This document shows, piece by piece, positions 40,626 through 55,000 of a stretch of 64,000 bases of DNA. The stretch is from Octopus sinensis. Lineage: Eukaryota. Position numbers and translations under genes: made by a program. How positions within the stretch are numbered: position 1 is the first letter of the stretch; the number at the start of each line of letters is the position of its first letter. Below the pieces are notes generated by a model, which saw only the letters and a program-made list of their open reading frames with translations, made no database searches and was not told the origin of the DNA. The stretch covers positions 23,498,001-23,562,000 of the forward strand of contig NC_043013.1 of NCBI RefSeq assembly GCF_006345805.1, written 5' to 3'.

Positions 40626-43600
40626 CTCTACATACATATATATATACATTAAATGCACACACACACTCACACACCAGCACATCAATCCAGCTGTCAACTG
40701 TTTAACCCTTTCGTTACTATATTTTTGTTGAGATGTGTTTCTTTCAATTAAATTTAAATATAACAAAGAATTTACTAAAATAACTTAGTTATCATTCAGC
40801 TAGTTTTAGGAACATTGTGACTGAGGTTTGGTGGAAGATTTTAATTCAAAACTCATGAAAACAAGACATTTGCACTCAGAGCCAGAACTGGTTTCAGCCG
40901 GGTTGGTAACAAAAGGTTAATTATATGAATTAGGTTGGTACCAGTTGAATGGTATTGGCATTAATCCCCAATAATCGTGGTTTCTATCTTTCTGTGAATG
41001 GCCAGGATTGATTTTCAATAGCATTTCTTGACATGTGTTGATAATGTCCCAGAAGTTTCCTATATATTGACAAATCCATTCTTAACTGGAAGCAGACCAT
41101 TAACCCCAACCCCAAGATACATCTTTTGCAAAAAAGGATGTGTTCCTTATTTCTGAATATTTCTCTGTTCCCTACCCATCCATGTCTTTTGCTAATACTG
41201 TGAACAAGACTGCCAAGTTGAAAGGCAGCTTAAACTATAGAATGCTCCATCTCTTTAACGATCATGAAAACATTTTGCCGGACATTTCTGCCAGCTCGCT
41301 GCTGCCTTCTTCAATGGCTTAAAATGGATGAAATGTCCTGCACAGATCTCTTTCTCTGCACCATAACCAGCAGCATAGTTTCCAGACAGATTTACCTTTG
41401 CTACAACAAACACCAGCAATCTCTTCTTCCCCTTTAGCAGTTCAGTACAACTAAAATGTCGTCTTAACATCAGTAAAGTTTTAATCATGTCAGATTTTCC
41501 TCTTATAACACTATATTGTGAGACTTCTTTAAAACCTTCAGTGTGTCTTTGTATTATCTACATGACCTTTCTTACTTGCATTCACAACCTACTTGCTGTT
41601 ACTTCTAATTACATACACCATCCTCGACTTGTTAAATATCTCTAATACACAGCTCTTGCCCAGACACAACCCAAATCACTCACAACTGGTATGTACTACA
41701 ACCATGAAGAATAAGTTTGAAACATTATCCAGAAACAATGTAACACCCTTGTTATCATTATTATTATTATTATTATTATTAAATTCAACATCATTAGAAG
41801 ACAGCTGCAGCATACATCAAACAAACATATGAAGCAACAGCTAAATCTTTCAGTTCCTACAGTTGCTAGATCTCACAATCTTTGGTAATCTCTCATGGTG
41901 ACAAAAAATAGTCAAAAAAGAATCCCAAAGTTTATTCTTCAGACATAGAAACTTCTTTTAATTCACAAAAATTAATAAGTTTCCACAAAACAGCAATGAA
42001 GCCCAAATAAGGCCAGCTGAGACATAAAAACAAATTCCTTAAATTGTATCTTTAAAAACAGTTCACATATCTAAAAGGCAGAGTTTCAACATGTTACAAT
42101 TAATAACCAGCTTATCATCATCATCATTAGATATCAAAAGTCAAAATTTTTGAAAAATGTAATATTTCTAGTATCGAAAGTAAGCTGTTGCAAATTCAGT
42201 GCAGATGGGCTGCACATATTGTTTGAATGCAAGATGACCACATTCCAAAAATTCTTTTGTATGGCCAACAAGAGGAGTGGTTCTGTGGTAAAAGAAGACG
42301 CATCCTTAGGTATAAGGTTCAGTTGAAACTATCACTAAAATCCCTAAAGCTTAATTCAACATTTTGGGGGAAGTTATTGCCTGGAATGAATTGAGTGATG
42401 TAAAATGTGTCATGGTGCAGCTAAAGAATTTGAGTTGAAGAAAGAGAAGGAAAGAATTACATCCTGCAGTCAACAGACACATTTGGCCAATCCCAGGCAA
42501 AATAAAATTCATCAGTGTTTCCATTGTGACTTCATAGCAAAATCCATAACTGGATTCAAATTACATTCATGACAGAAGTGACCATCATTATTATTATTGG
42601 ATGGAAGCACTCTGTCGGTTACGACGACGAGGGGTCTGGTTGATCCAAATCAATGGAACAGCCTGCTCATGAAATTAACGTGTAAGTGGCTGAGCACTCC
42701 ACAGACACGTGTACCCTTAACGTAGTTCTCGGGGATATTCAGCGTGACACAGAGAGTGACAAGGCCGGCCCTTTGAAATACAGGTAAAACAGAAACAGGA
42801 AGTAAGAGTGAGAGAAAGTTGTGGTGAAAGAGTACAGCAGGGATCACCACCATCCCCTGCCGGAGCCTCGTGGAGCTTTAGGTGTTTTCACTCAATAAAC
42901 ACTCACAACGCCCGGTCTGGGAATCGAAACCACGATCCTATGACCGCAAGTCCGCTGCCCTAACCACTGGGCCATTGCGCCTCCACTATTATTATTATTA
43001 TTGCCCTAGTCACAACATCTCAATAAAAACAAAATAAGGACTGGAATATTATTGTTGACCAGTGGTCTATTCAATTGGGACTGATTTAGAGCGAAGAACA
43101 ACATCATGCAGGCTTCCCTACTGTCTAGTCCAGCAGAGACCTCCTCCTCCACTACTTAACAGAATCATTTCTACAAACTGGACCCCTTTGCACCTCAGTC
43201 CTTGTCCACATTTTCCCCCAATCAACATCAACCTACAGAAGCTCAAGTTAAACACCAGCCACATTCTCTTCCTCAGCCTGGGCTACGGGCATTGTCTATC
43301 TTCCAAGAACTAAATAATAAATATTAAAATTTATATTTAGACATAATACATAATTGTTTTGAGAAGGAACAGGTGTGCACAGATGACATTATACAGGTAA
43401 AAAAAGATCTACAGCTTTATGTAAATAAACTACATTTTTGACAGAAAAATTAGATTTAAAGTGTAAACCATAGAAACGTTATCTTTCTACATTTATACAT
43501 TTGACAAGTGATTTAATTATCAAACTTGTTATTTCCCAGCACCGAGGCATCTGTTGCCAAAACAGATGTACCAAATGACTGGCACCAAAACCATGCATCC

Positions 43601-46600
43601 AGTTCTCCTATACTGTATTGACACACTTGGCCAAGAATTGAAAAGCAACCATTATGTTGATGGTACTGACAATTATGTTGGTAAGGATAATTGTGATGGT
43701 GACAAAGAACGATTTGGACAATTTTTAACTTCCCAACCACACGGTTTTGGATTCAGTCCCACTGCATGGCACCTTGGGAAAATGCCTTCTATTATAGCCC
43801 TAGGCAATTTAATTGAATTTGGAAACTAAAAAAAGAAACCCTTTATGTGTGTGTGTGTGTGCCTTTGTTTAAACATCTTGTGGTAAATGAGCATCATCAG
43901 CAGACAAGCAGTGTCCATCATTTCTAATCTTCCGTGAAAACATGTCTGGCCATGGGGGGGAAATATGTTACTTGGAAATAGGTGAGGATTGGCAACAGGA
44001 AGGGTATCTGACTGTAGAAAATCTGCCTCATTGAATTCCATCTGACTCATATGAAGATGGAAAAGTGAATGTTATGATGATGATGATGATGTAATTAAAA
44101 GCATGAACAGTTAATCTAATGTCATGACTTTGTCAACGTTTTTTAGATTATGGTTCCTTCTTGAAATATTAAATCATTTTCTGGCACCTTAGACGTTATT
44201 AGAGAAAAATTATTTCAATTTTATACTAAATGGTTAGTAACAGAAACAATCACTTCTGAAAAGATTAAAAACTTTTAATGCAAATAAAATTTGTAAAATT
44301 TTATCAAGTGATAATGAAATTTTAAGATGAAATTGTTTAAATTAGTTTTATCATGAAATTTATTTTAGGAATATTTTTTAAAAATTGATATGTATTGAAA
44401 ACATTACTGGACAGAAAATCTAAAATAATAAACATTTTAAAAAAATATTTCAAGGGTGCCCAGTTTTCTACTATTAATATAACAACTCCATAAAAATATC
44501 AATGTCTATTTAACCCTTTCATTACCGTATTTCTTTTGAGATGCTCTGTGTTTCTTTCAATCAATTTTAAATATAACAAAGAATTTAATAAGATAACTTA
44601 GATATCATTCAGCTAGTGTTAGGAACATAAATTGTGACTAAGGTTTGGTGAAGTTTTTAATTCAAAACTTATGAAAACAAGAGATTTGTACTACAGAGCC
44701 AGAGCCGGTTTCAGCCAGGTTGGTATCAAAAGGGTTAATTGCACATTTATTTTCTATATTTCTATTTGCCCGAAACAAGAATATTTTGTGGCATCAACAA
44801 CCATTTATAATCATTCATCATTTTCTGATTTAACAAAACAAAAAAAATTCTATTGATGGCCAGAAAATTAATATCTCCTAAAAATAACTTTTTGAGCACA
44901 AAAATAAAATATTTTAGCAAAATAGAGAAAAATATATCATATTACATTTATTTATTTAGTGAGATTGATGGGGCTGGTTTAGTTTTTGCAAATTTTTCAC
45001 TATCAGGGACCTTACTTGATAGAGACAAACAAAGATCATTGCTACATACAATTTCCAAGTAATTGTGAGCTTTTGGTTGTAGGAAAGACACTCAGCTAAA
45101 ACCTGACTCAGCTAGGTAAGGAGTAGGAAAAGGCATTGGAATATAGTCTTACTTTCTGCCAAAGAAATGGGAATGTCCTAGCAATTTCACTACATGTCCA
45201 TAATTAAATTTAGCTTGAGCAATTTGATTACTCTGCAACTAATAAAGATCCCTTGTATTGAATTTTGGCATCAGCTCTATACTCAATTCCAGATTCCGGC
45301 AAATAAAGTGAGTCCACAGCTGTAACCTACACCAGTGTCGCATAACCAACCCACTCAAAAGTACCTTGGATCATAGGGCGACATTCCGTGCTTGAGGAGA
45401 CCTATTGAGTCAAGTACATCAAAATCATAATCAAATGGTAATTGTAATTGTGATCCCATGTCAGTGGCACATAAAAAGCACCATCTAATCATGGTCAATG
45501 CCAGCTCCTCTGGCCCCTGTACCAGTGACACATAAAAAAAAACACCCACTACACTCTCGGAGTGGTTGGCATTAGGAAAGGCAACCAGCTGTAGAAACAC
45601 TGCCAGATCAGACTGGAGCCCGATGCAGCCTCCTGGCTTCTCAGACCCCAGCTGAACCGTCCAACCCATGCCAGCATGGAAAACGGATGTTAAACACTGA
45701 TGATTGACAAATAGGTACAAGATCATGTGAGCATTTTTCTGTATGAGAATTCTCTCTCATATGCCTAATAACTATTATTGCAAACTAAACATATGCTCTT
45801 AGTTGTTTTGTGGTTTAGAAATTATATTTTTATCAACAGAAGAATTATATAATTAATGAACATTTTATGTTACTGTGCAGTATTTAGACCAGTTTCCCCA
45901 AAGAAGGCAACAAGAAGTCTCTCCAGGACTCATCTTCAGACCAAAATCTCCACTCATATCAGCCAACCTTATTGTTGGAATTAGAGCTTAATTCTAAATT
46001 CTTAACTAAATTAAAAATAATTTCAGAGGATATTAGAATGTCATAATGAGTTTATCTTTTAAAATTATAACTTCAAAGTATTTCTGCATGTATGCATGTT
46101 CACCAAACAATCATTTTTGCACATGAAACCAATCACATTTAACCAATCTACAAGGATTGTTTTTGAGTTCTTTTTATGGATTACATTGCAAGAAAAGGGT
46201 TAATGCCTGTCCACAGTGTTTGTGACATTGTCATATGTTAAGACTGGGAAATCATCATGAAAAGTCAATTTTGCTAAGATTATCGAGCTTAACGTTTGAT
46301 GCAAAGGCATTCACTCTTAGCTGTGTGTTGCGCTTAAGCAGGGAATACTGTGTGTGTGTGTTTGAGAGATTATAAAGCTTCCATTTTGCAGCTCCTGAAT
46401 GAGGTGGAGCTTGCATCGTAGGATGTCTGGGTGTTTTTGTTCTCAAAAGATGGACATGTCTAATGCACACAGGAAGTCCGAGGCGACATCTTCTGTAAAT
46501 GAGTATGCAAGCGCAAATGTGAAAGTGAATTAGTTTCCAATAAAGAGAAAGGATGATATTTAAACTTTGAATTCATCTAAGTTGTCTGACAAACGTAATG

Positions 46601-49600
46601 TCACAAAAGCTGTGATAAATTCCAGTATTTAGACCTCTTTTTGGTCGTGATAGTGAATGGAGTAACTATTAATTTTATGGATTACTAGTAGTATAGCCTA
46701 GTGTTGCTTGGGCTTGTTTTCTTTTCGACCCTTTAGAATTGGAATTTTTGAAAAGTAAAAATCTTGCATTATGTAGCTTGTTATTCTCTTTAAGTGAACA
46801 TTTTTCTGGTTGAAATACACTGAAAAATGGCGACACAGCAGTAAAAAAATCGTAAAAAAATAGGGATTTTCATAGAAAAAAGCACCTTTTTGATGTAAAT
46901 AATTTTTGGTATTAACATGGTCCGATTTGAATTTTTTTCTTCTATGGAATGAAGAGCAAGCCTTCTATATTACTCTCAATTTTGGTCAACTTGCGCCGCA
47001 GAGTCTCGGAAGGCTACCAAACCTGCCATACACAGACAACTTCAACTTTATATATATAGAGATATCATTTTGAAAATTTTTTTTAGAAATGGTAACGTTA
47101 TGAATGTTTGCAGATAAATGCCTACCTTTTTGTGTGGCTACTCTTTGTCATTCAGCTGTTACAGTCTTTTCTTTTTTTTCTTAGTTTCATTCTTTCCCTT
47201 GAAATTCCCCACCACCACCACCACCACCACCATAGATATATGTCAGCTTGTGCTAATCTAAGAAACCATTATTATTTCATTGTCAGAATTACAAAAGTAA
47301 TGGACAAAACACTTTGTGTATTTCGTTTCATTCCTTTATGTTCTGAGTTCAAATTCCACTGAAGTTGAGACTGTCTTAATCCTTGCAGGGTCAATAAAAT
47401 AAGCAGCAGCAGCTGAGAACCAGGACAAATAGTTGAGGATAGCAATGGCTCAAAACTGAAGCCTGGTTCTGGTTTTAAAATTCTCATTATCATTATTATT
47501 ATAAAATTCTGCCAAGATCAGTTTTGCTTCGCATTCTTTCAGGGTTGATAAAAGAAGTACCAGTCATGTGCTGGGGTTGATGGGATTAGCCCTCCCCCTT
47601 AAAACTGCTGGTCATGTGCCAAAATTTCAAGTTTTAGCACAACACCAACAATTTGAGGGGAGGGGATAAATCAATTATATCGAACCCTGTGTTCCACTTG
47701 TACTTATTTTATTGACCCTGAAGGAATGAAAGGTAAAGTTGACCTTGGCAGAATTTGAACTCAGAACATGAAGACAAATGAAATGCTGCTAAGCGTTTTT
47801 CTCAGTATGCTAACGACTGCCAGCTTGCTTTAATCAAGGGATAATAATAACCCTTTCTATTAAAGCACAAGCCCTGAAATTTTGGGAGAAGAATCTAGTT
47901 GCTTACATTGATCCCAGAATTTCACTGGTACTTAATTTATCAACCCTGAAAGGATGAAAGGCAATCAACCTTGGCAGAATTTGAACTCTGAATTTGCGGC
48001 AGATGAAATATCACTAAGCATTTCACCCAGTGTGCTAATGATTCTGCCAGCTCACCACCTTATTTAATAATAATAATATAATAATAATAAAGGTGGTAAA
48101 TGGTCAGAATCATTAGCATGCTGTACAAAAGCTTACCAGCATTTCTGGTGGCTTTACGTTCTGAGTTCAATTCTGCTGAAGTCAACTTTGTCTTTCATCC
48201 TTTCAAAGTTGATAAAATAAGGACCAATCAAGTTAAGGGGTCAATGTAATAGACTGGCCCCCTTCCAAAATATCAGGTGTTGTACCTATTGTAGAAAGAA
48301 TCATCATCATCACTTGGAGAGTATACATGCATTTATTTCAATCCAAAGGGGGGGGGGGATATTTATCACCAGAGAACCACCTATATAAAATTATATACAA
48401 TATAATAATAATAATGATAATAAATAATAACAATAAATAATAACAATAAGTAATGACAATAAATAATAACAATAATAATAACAATAATAATAATAACAAT
48501 AATAATAATAATAATAATAATCTCTGCTTTAGTAAAGCTGGAACTGAGCTAAATTTCCACTGATGACAAGAACTAGAATAATCAGTGCTTCAAAACATTT
48601 TGGAAGAAATCCTGTCAATTGAAAAAAGTTATAGCCCTACCTGCTGTACTTTCAAAGCTGAAGACTTAGCTAAAACACATTGTAAGACATCTCTCTGCCC
48701 ATATATTTGTGCCCCAGAATTTGAAGCAAAGGAACACAAAAGTGACATCAGAAGTAAGGTGAACCCGTGGCTGGTCTGGGTGAGTGGTTAAAACTAGGAT
48801 AACATTTAGTCAGGAGGCATCGAATTGGATATGCAACTGCTAAAACCCACCAAAGGCTACAAAGACATATTGGGATTGTGCCTAGTTGAAGACAACAAGA
48901 CAAAGGGCAAAAGAATGATGACACATGGCTCAATGCCTGGTTGTTACATTTGTCATAGTAAGACCCCATCCCCACATAGTCGTTCCTACTCTAAAGAACT
49001 AAATGGGCTAAGCAAAAAAAAAAAATAAAAATAACAACAAAAAACTATAAAGGAAAGTATTGGAAACCAGAACTGAGGTAATAATAAGAGCAGCCAGCCT
49101 CAGTTTTCATGGCACCAGTTGTCAAAACTCAAAGAATAAGAGAAGTAATTGCTTTATGCCTAGTCCTAGAAATAGGCAGGCACTTTGTCCCTTAACAGAA
49201 GCAACCAGTTGTGCCACTCTGTCTTCATGCGATGAAAAAGAACTAATGGAAACTAATGAGGAAACCAAAGAAAAGAAATAGAAGAAAAATCCTCCCCCAC
49301 CACCAAAAAAGAAGTCAACACAAAACAACTAAATTGGGTAAAGAAGAACATCTGCGATATAATAATGAAGAAAATAAACAAACTGACAAAGATGAAGAAA
49401 ATGAGAATGAAGAACTGATCTTCACCATTCTTCAAAAATCAAAACAACTTCTAGATAAAATTCCATATCTGTGGTGCCATAAATATTCCAATGGAGAGAA
49501 AATAATAGAAGCAGAGCCAGATTTGGAACATTGGCAACATTCAAAAAATAGATTATTAATAAATGCAAAGCTAAAACAAATATAACGAATTGAAACAGGA

Positions 49601-51999
49601 TTTGGGTGTTTTTCAGGCGCAACCAACTGAAACGACAGTAATCATTGGTGTGATTGTTCACAAAGTACAAAACAAACAAATAAATGAATATCTAAATCAA
49701 TACACAACTAATTAATAGCAAAGATGAACTAACGAGTCTGAATGGCAGGAGCTCAATGAGCCTGAAAGATTGTTATTTCTGCAGCTCGACACAGCAAAAT
49801 GGCAGAATCAGAGTCCAAAACAAAATGCTCCGTAACATTTCTTCTAACTCTTTAAGCTCCGAGTTCAAATACCACTGAGGTTAACTTTGCCTTACATCCT
49901 TTCAGGGTTAACAAAATAAAGTACCCATCTAGTATAGGGGTCAATGGAATCGATTTTTCTCCTCTTCTCAAAATTGCTGGTTTTGCAACACAATTAGAAA
50001 GAATCTTTTACCACCATTTCTTTGTTACCTTCTCCCCGCCAAGGATGGGGGTCGGTACCTGAACTCAGCTAATTACATGCTTATGAAACAAACATTAATT
50101 AGACTTTAGAAGATTTAACAAAATGCCTGACAATATTACTTCCAACTCTTTACATTCTGAGTTCAAATCCTGCCCTCGTTAACTTTGCTTTTCATTTATC
50201 TGGGGCTGATAAAATATCAGTCAAATACTGGATTCAATGGTATCGACTAAGATCATCACAGTTAGAACTAATGTAAGGGTGATAACGCCATCCCACCTGA
50301 AACAATACCTTCAAGGTCATTCTGGATGTATATATATTCTTTTTTTATTTTATTTTATTTTATCTAGTTTCAGCTCACGAGCTGTGGCCATGCTGGGGCA
50401 CCGCCATTCTTTGTTTAAAAAACTTACTGACCATGACATTTTCCTGCCTCCAGTTGTAGAGAGGTTATGTGCTTCTGCCCATTTGAATCTTATGAGTTGC
50501 CTATACAGCTAAGAGCCATATAGGTGTGAAACAAATGGTCACTCTTTGATGGGCCATAACATATTGTGTAAAATGTTATAAATCAAGAACACCTATTTAA
50601 TATTTTAGAGAAGGGAATGAGATGTGATGATGGCCTTAGATATGACAATTTATTAGCGTGAAAATTATGCAAATAGGATTCAAATGAAAACATATTGTCA
50701 TATTTCTTCAGGATGGTCTTTTCTTTTGAGTGTGTGTGTGGGGTGGGGAGAGGCACACACTCTATATTTGTTGTTTACTTCAGTTTTATTATTGTTCTTA
50801 TTTTAGTGTTCTTTGTCTGAAATCTTTGTCACACATCCTGTGGCCTCTTCAGAATGGACTAAACAAAACAGGAAGAAACACATAGGATGGAGAGTCACTG
50901 AAGAGATCACAGGATGTGTGACGAAAGATTCCCAGACATAGGACATAAAATAAGAGCAATAATGAAATAAATCTGAAGGAAAAAAACAAATATACAGTGC
51001 ATGTGTTTATTTGGCAAATCTTGTAAAAGAAATTCATAAACATAAGGAAACGAAAACCATTTAGCAAATTCCTTTAAGCAAAAAATTCTTGATTTACAGC
51101 ATTGCCATGTGATTGAGATATTTAAATCGTGCAGAGGAAAAAGAATATAAAAGACTAATAATGAATAAAGTACTTTCAATAACACTTCTTTTTATTGAAT
51201 TCAGATCTTTAAAGTAAATGAAACACCAGATGGAATTGATCTCAGAACAAAGAACAGAAATAAATGTATTTAGTTCCGCCTTCGACCATCTGTCACCTCC
51301 AAAAGCCTTGATTGTAATATATTTCATGACATATTAAATAATGCATGTAAAGTACACTTGAACTAAAAAATAATAATAATAATAATAAAACGTTTCTAAG
51401 GATGTAAGGTGCCAAGATCAAATCAATATTTCATTCAGTAAAGAAGATGTGTTGGCAAAGACAGGGTCCCATATTAAGGGCCAGGCTGTATTTAGTTTCA
51501 AATCAATATGTTTTGGGTTCAGTTTTTATTGGGATTCTATCTAATGGGGGAAGGTTAAATGTAAATACCAATAAGGAGTAGATTCTAACAACTATATACA
51601 CTCGGTCCAAACAGAGTTGGTCATGAGCCAACTTAACAAAAGAAGAAAAAAACAAAAATCAATATTTTGCTATAGTGGTTCTATTCTTTTTTTTTTTTTT
51701 TGCAATAAGCCGTTTACTTGCATCCACCAAACCCAAAACCCACCCAACACACACACACACACACGCTGTCTTTGGTGCTAATGACTTCTATTTGATATTA
51801 TTTCTAGACTTAAGCAGATAGATATTTAAATGAGGCAAGAGACTGCTGAGAATGGTTTTGGCCTTAACCAAAGAAAAAGACGAAACTGTTACTTAAACAC
51901 TAAATGAAACGGCATAAGTCTGAATTAAAAATTTATGAGGTAAAATTTCCACAATGTTCTTTCAGTTATTACACTTGCATTACGATGCAGAAGAAAACT

Positions 52000-52030
<31 letters not shown>

Positions 52031-55000
52031 TACATACATATTTATACACATACTTATTTGCATTCATGCAGACATACACTCCATGATTATTGAAACCCAC
52101 AAGACATTGACATCAACTGGAAACCTCTGCAGAAATAGTGACATCAACAGATTCTACCTTAGAAGAGAGAAAGGAAGCAAAAGGGCAAAGCTTCTTTCCT
52201 TCTCGAGCCATGCCTGGCTCATAAGGGCCAGTTTCCCGGTTTCCTTGGCGTATAGGTTCCCCACCTGGACGGGACGCCGGTCTGTCGCAGGTGGGCTGCA
52301 AGATGCAGGAAGAAAGAGTGAGAGAAAGTTGTGGCAAAAGAGTCAGCAGAAGTTCGCCATTACCTTCTGCCGGAGCCGCGTGGAGCTTAGGTGTTTCGCT
52401 CATAAACACACACATCGCCTGGTCTGAGATTCGAACCAGCAATCCCTCGACCACGAGTCTGCTGCTCTAACCACTAGGCCATGAGCCTCCACAAAAGGGT
52501 AAAGTTCAGTGCAGCTGGCCTTCAAATGTCATATTCTCTCTCCCTTTCTCTCAGTGAGCACTTCCTAAACAAAGGCAGCAAAAATAAATACATTAATTTA
52601 GTGCTGGAAAGTGAATAGAACAATGCCCTACATGTTGGCAGTTAGCTCCTCAGGAAGCACTCTCTCCTATACAACCGCGAAACAGCCAAACTAACATAAC
52701 TCAAAGAAGCCCCGGATGTGAAATGCTTAGAATACCAAAAAAAAAAAAAAAAAAAAAAAAGAAAGAAAAAAGGAAACCTTGGATGGGTTTCCTGAAGACT
52801 TGAAGACAATAACATTGATATGAAGCGAAGCCTCGCTTGGACTTATGACTGTCGCATCACATCACACTTCGAATGCTAAGCATTTCCAATCCATGAACAG
52901 GGGATGGCAATTAAATACTTAATCAGCAAAAGAAACAGTGATGCCCTTGGAGTTCCAAGGTGCAACCATAAATGTAGATTATGTCATACTTCTATGGAAG
53001 ACATGACACATAGGATTAGCAGCTGCCGAAAGTGTCATCAGGTTACTACTTCACTGTGTGACATGTTGTTGTTAGAAAAATATACAATACCATTCGGGGG
53101 GGGGGGGAAGACTGTCCTGGAATAAATATAAAGAATCATCCTATAATAGAATACACAGACAAACATCAACAGAAGGAATACTGGTGGAACATTCCCATAA
53201 AACATCTGTCAACTGTAAAAATAAGGGACCAGATGTCGTTGTTGTTTGGGACAGACAAAAAAAAAAAATCAAAGAGAAAGAGGGTAACTAAGGACAACTG
53301 CTTTGAAACCTCCAGTTTCTATGTCTGGATTATAAATTCACATACCAATAATAATTTGTACTGCAAGTGGCAATTACCTTTTGTAGCTGATGAAGCAAAA
53401 CAATGCAGAAACACAGGTTTCTTAGAAGCTAATGCTGTTACAACCGGAAACAAAATGTTTTTTTACACATATTTATGCTTGAATTCCTTTTCATTAAGTT
53501 TTATCTTCTCTCCATTGATGCAAAGCTGAGTGAACAGTCAACTACCACTAGACACTGCACACACACAAAAAACAAAACAAAAAACAAAAAAAAAAACAGA
53601 TGAAATAATTTTCCAAATACACCGGTGAACACTTCTCACCACCCCCACCACCAATACCGGTGAACACATCTCACCACCAATACCGGTTAACACTTCTCAC
53701 CATCTACACCGGATATGGCCTCTTCCCTCCTCCTCCCCCACCACCATTGCGTGTGTCTCTCCCTCCTACCCCTCCTTCTCACATGCTTTCACTGTGTACT
53801 ACCCCTTCCCCCACCAAGTCAAGCTGCTAGCACCGCAGCTCATTAACTGCCCCACTGATCTTACGTTACCTCCTGTTTAGAATCTGTCACTGCCTCAATC
53901 CGACCATCTCCTTCCAGTCCCCTCCCCGTCTCGTGATATCCTACGTTTTTATTTCTTCTGCACCAACCCTTTCCTTGTCATCGTTCCTCCTTACCCAACC
54001 TTCCCCACTGGTGCTTCCCTATATTACCTGCACCCCCCCCCCCCCCCAACTATCTCTCCCTCTCTTTCCACCGGTGGAACCTTTCTCAGCTAGACCCCCC
54101 CCCCCAACTCAACTCTAGAAAAGCTTGAACCGATCGTGACCGATGCCGGACCCCCCCGGCCCCTGTGCAGGTGGCACGTAAAAAGCACCCAATCCACTCG
54201 CGGAGTGGTTGACGTTAGGAAGGGCATCCAGCCGTAGAAACTCTGCCAGATCAGACTGGAGCCTGGAGAGGCCTCTGGCTTCCCAGACCCCGTCAAACCG
54301 TCCAACCCGTGCTAGCGCGGAAAACGGACGTTAAACGATGATGATGATGATGAAGATGAAGAATTTTGTACCAGGACACCCTACCCCAACAAACCAATCT
54401 ACATCTCTTCTCTTCCTCACATTTCTTCCTTCATACACTATGCCCACCTCTCACTCCCTAATCATGTCCTCACGGAGTTGCCCCGTTTCTCTGTATTATT
54501 GCTATCTGGCAGCTGCCCTCCTCACTCTATATATACCCAGGTGTTCACCACTCACTTCCCCATCCCTCCACGCTCTCTAATCCTGCTTCTTTCACAATAT
54601 CCTGGCACTTACATTACAACCTTCAAATCTCAAAGGTATGCCCCAGCACTTGTCACCATCTATATCCTACTGTCTCTCACTCTCCCTCCTTCTCCTGCAT
54701 TTCTCTCAGATTGGGTAACCATGTATCTCCTGGTTTCTGTCTTCATCCTTGATCTCTCTCTCTCTCTGGTTGGGTAACCTTGTACCTCCTCTACACCAAG
54801 GCACCTGTTTCTGTCTCTCTGTCTCACTATAGTCTTTCATCATCTGACACAAGATCATCTCCTTGCAAACGATTTTTGTCTTGCAAGTACTTGGTGACCC
54901 TGCTAGTGCTGGTGCCACTTAAAAAGCATCCAGTCTACATTGTAAAGTGGCTGGCATTGGGAAGGGCATCCAGCTGTAAAATCCTTGCCAAAACTGACCT

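Noticed and set aside
48585-49600. Possible LINE ORF1/gag-like relic
   Set aside because: Only vague similarity (a CxxC-like word, a K/E-rich stretch); no continuous frame or diagnostic motif.
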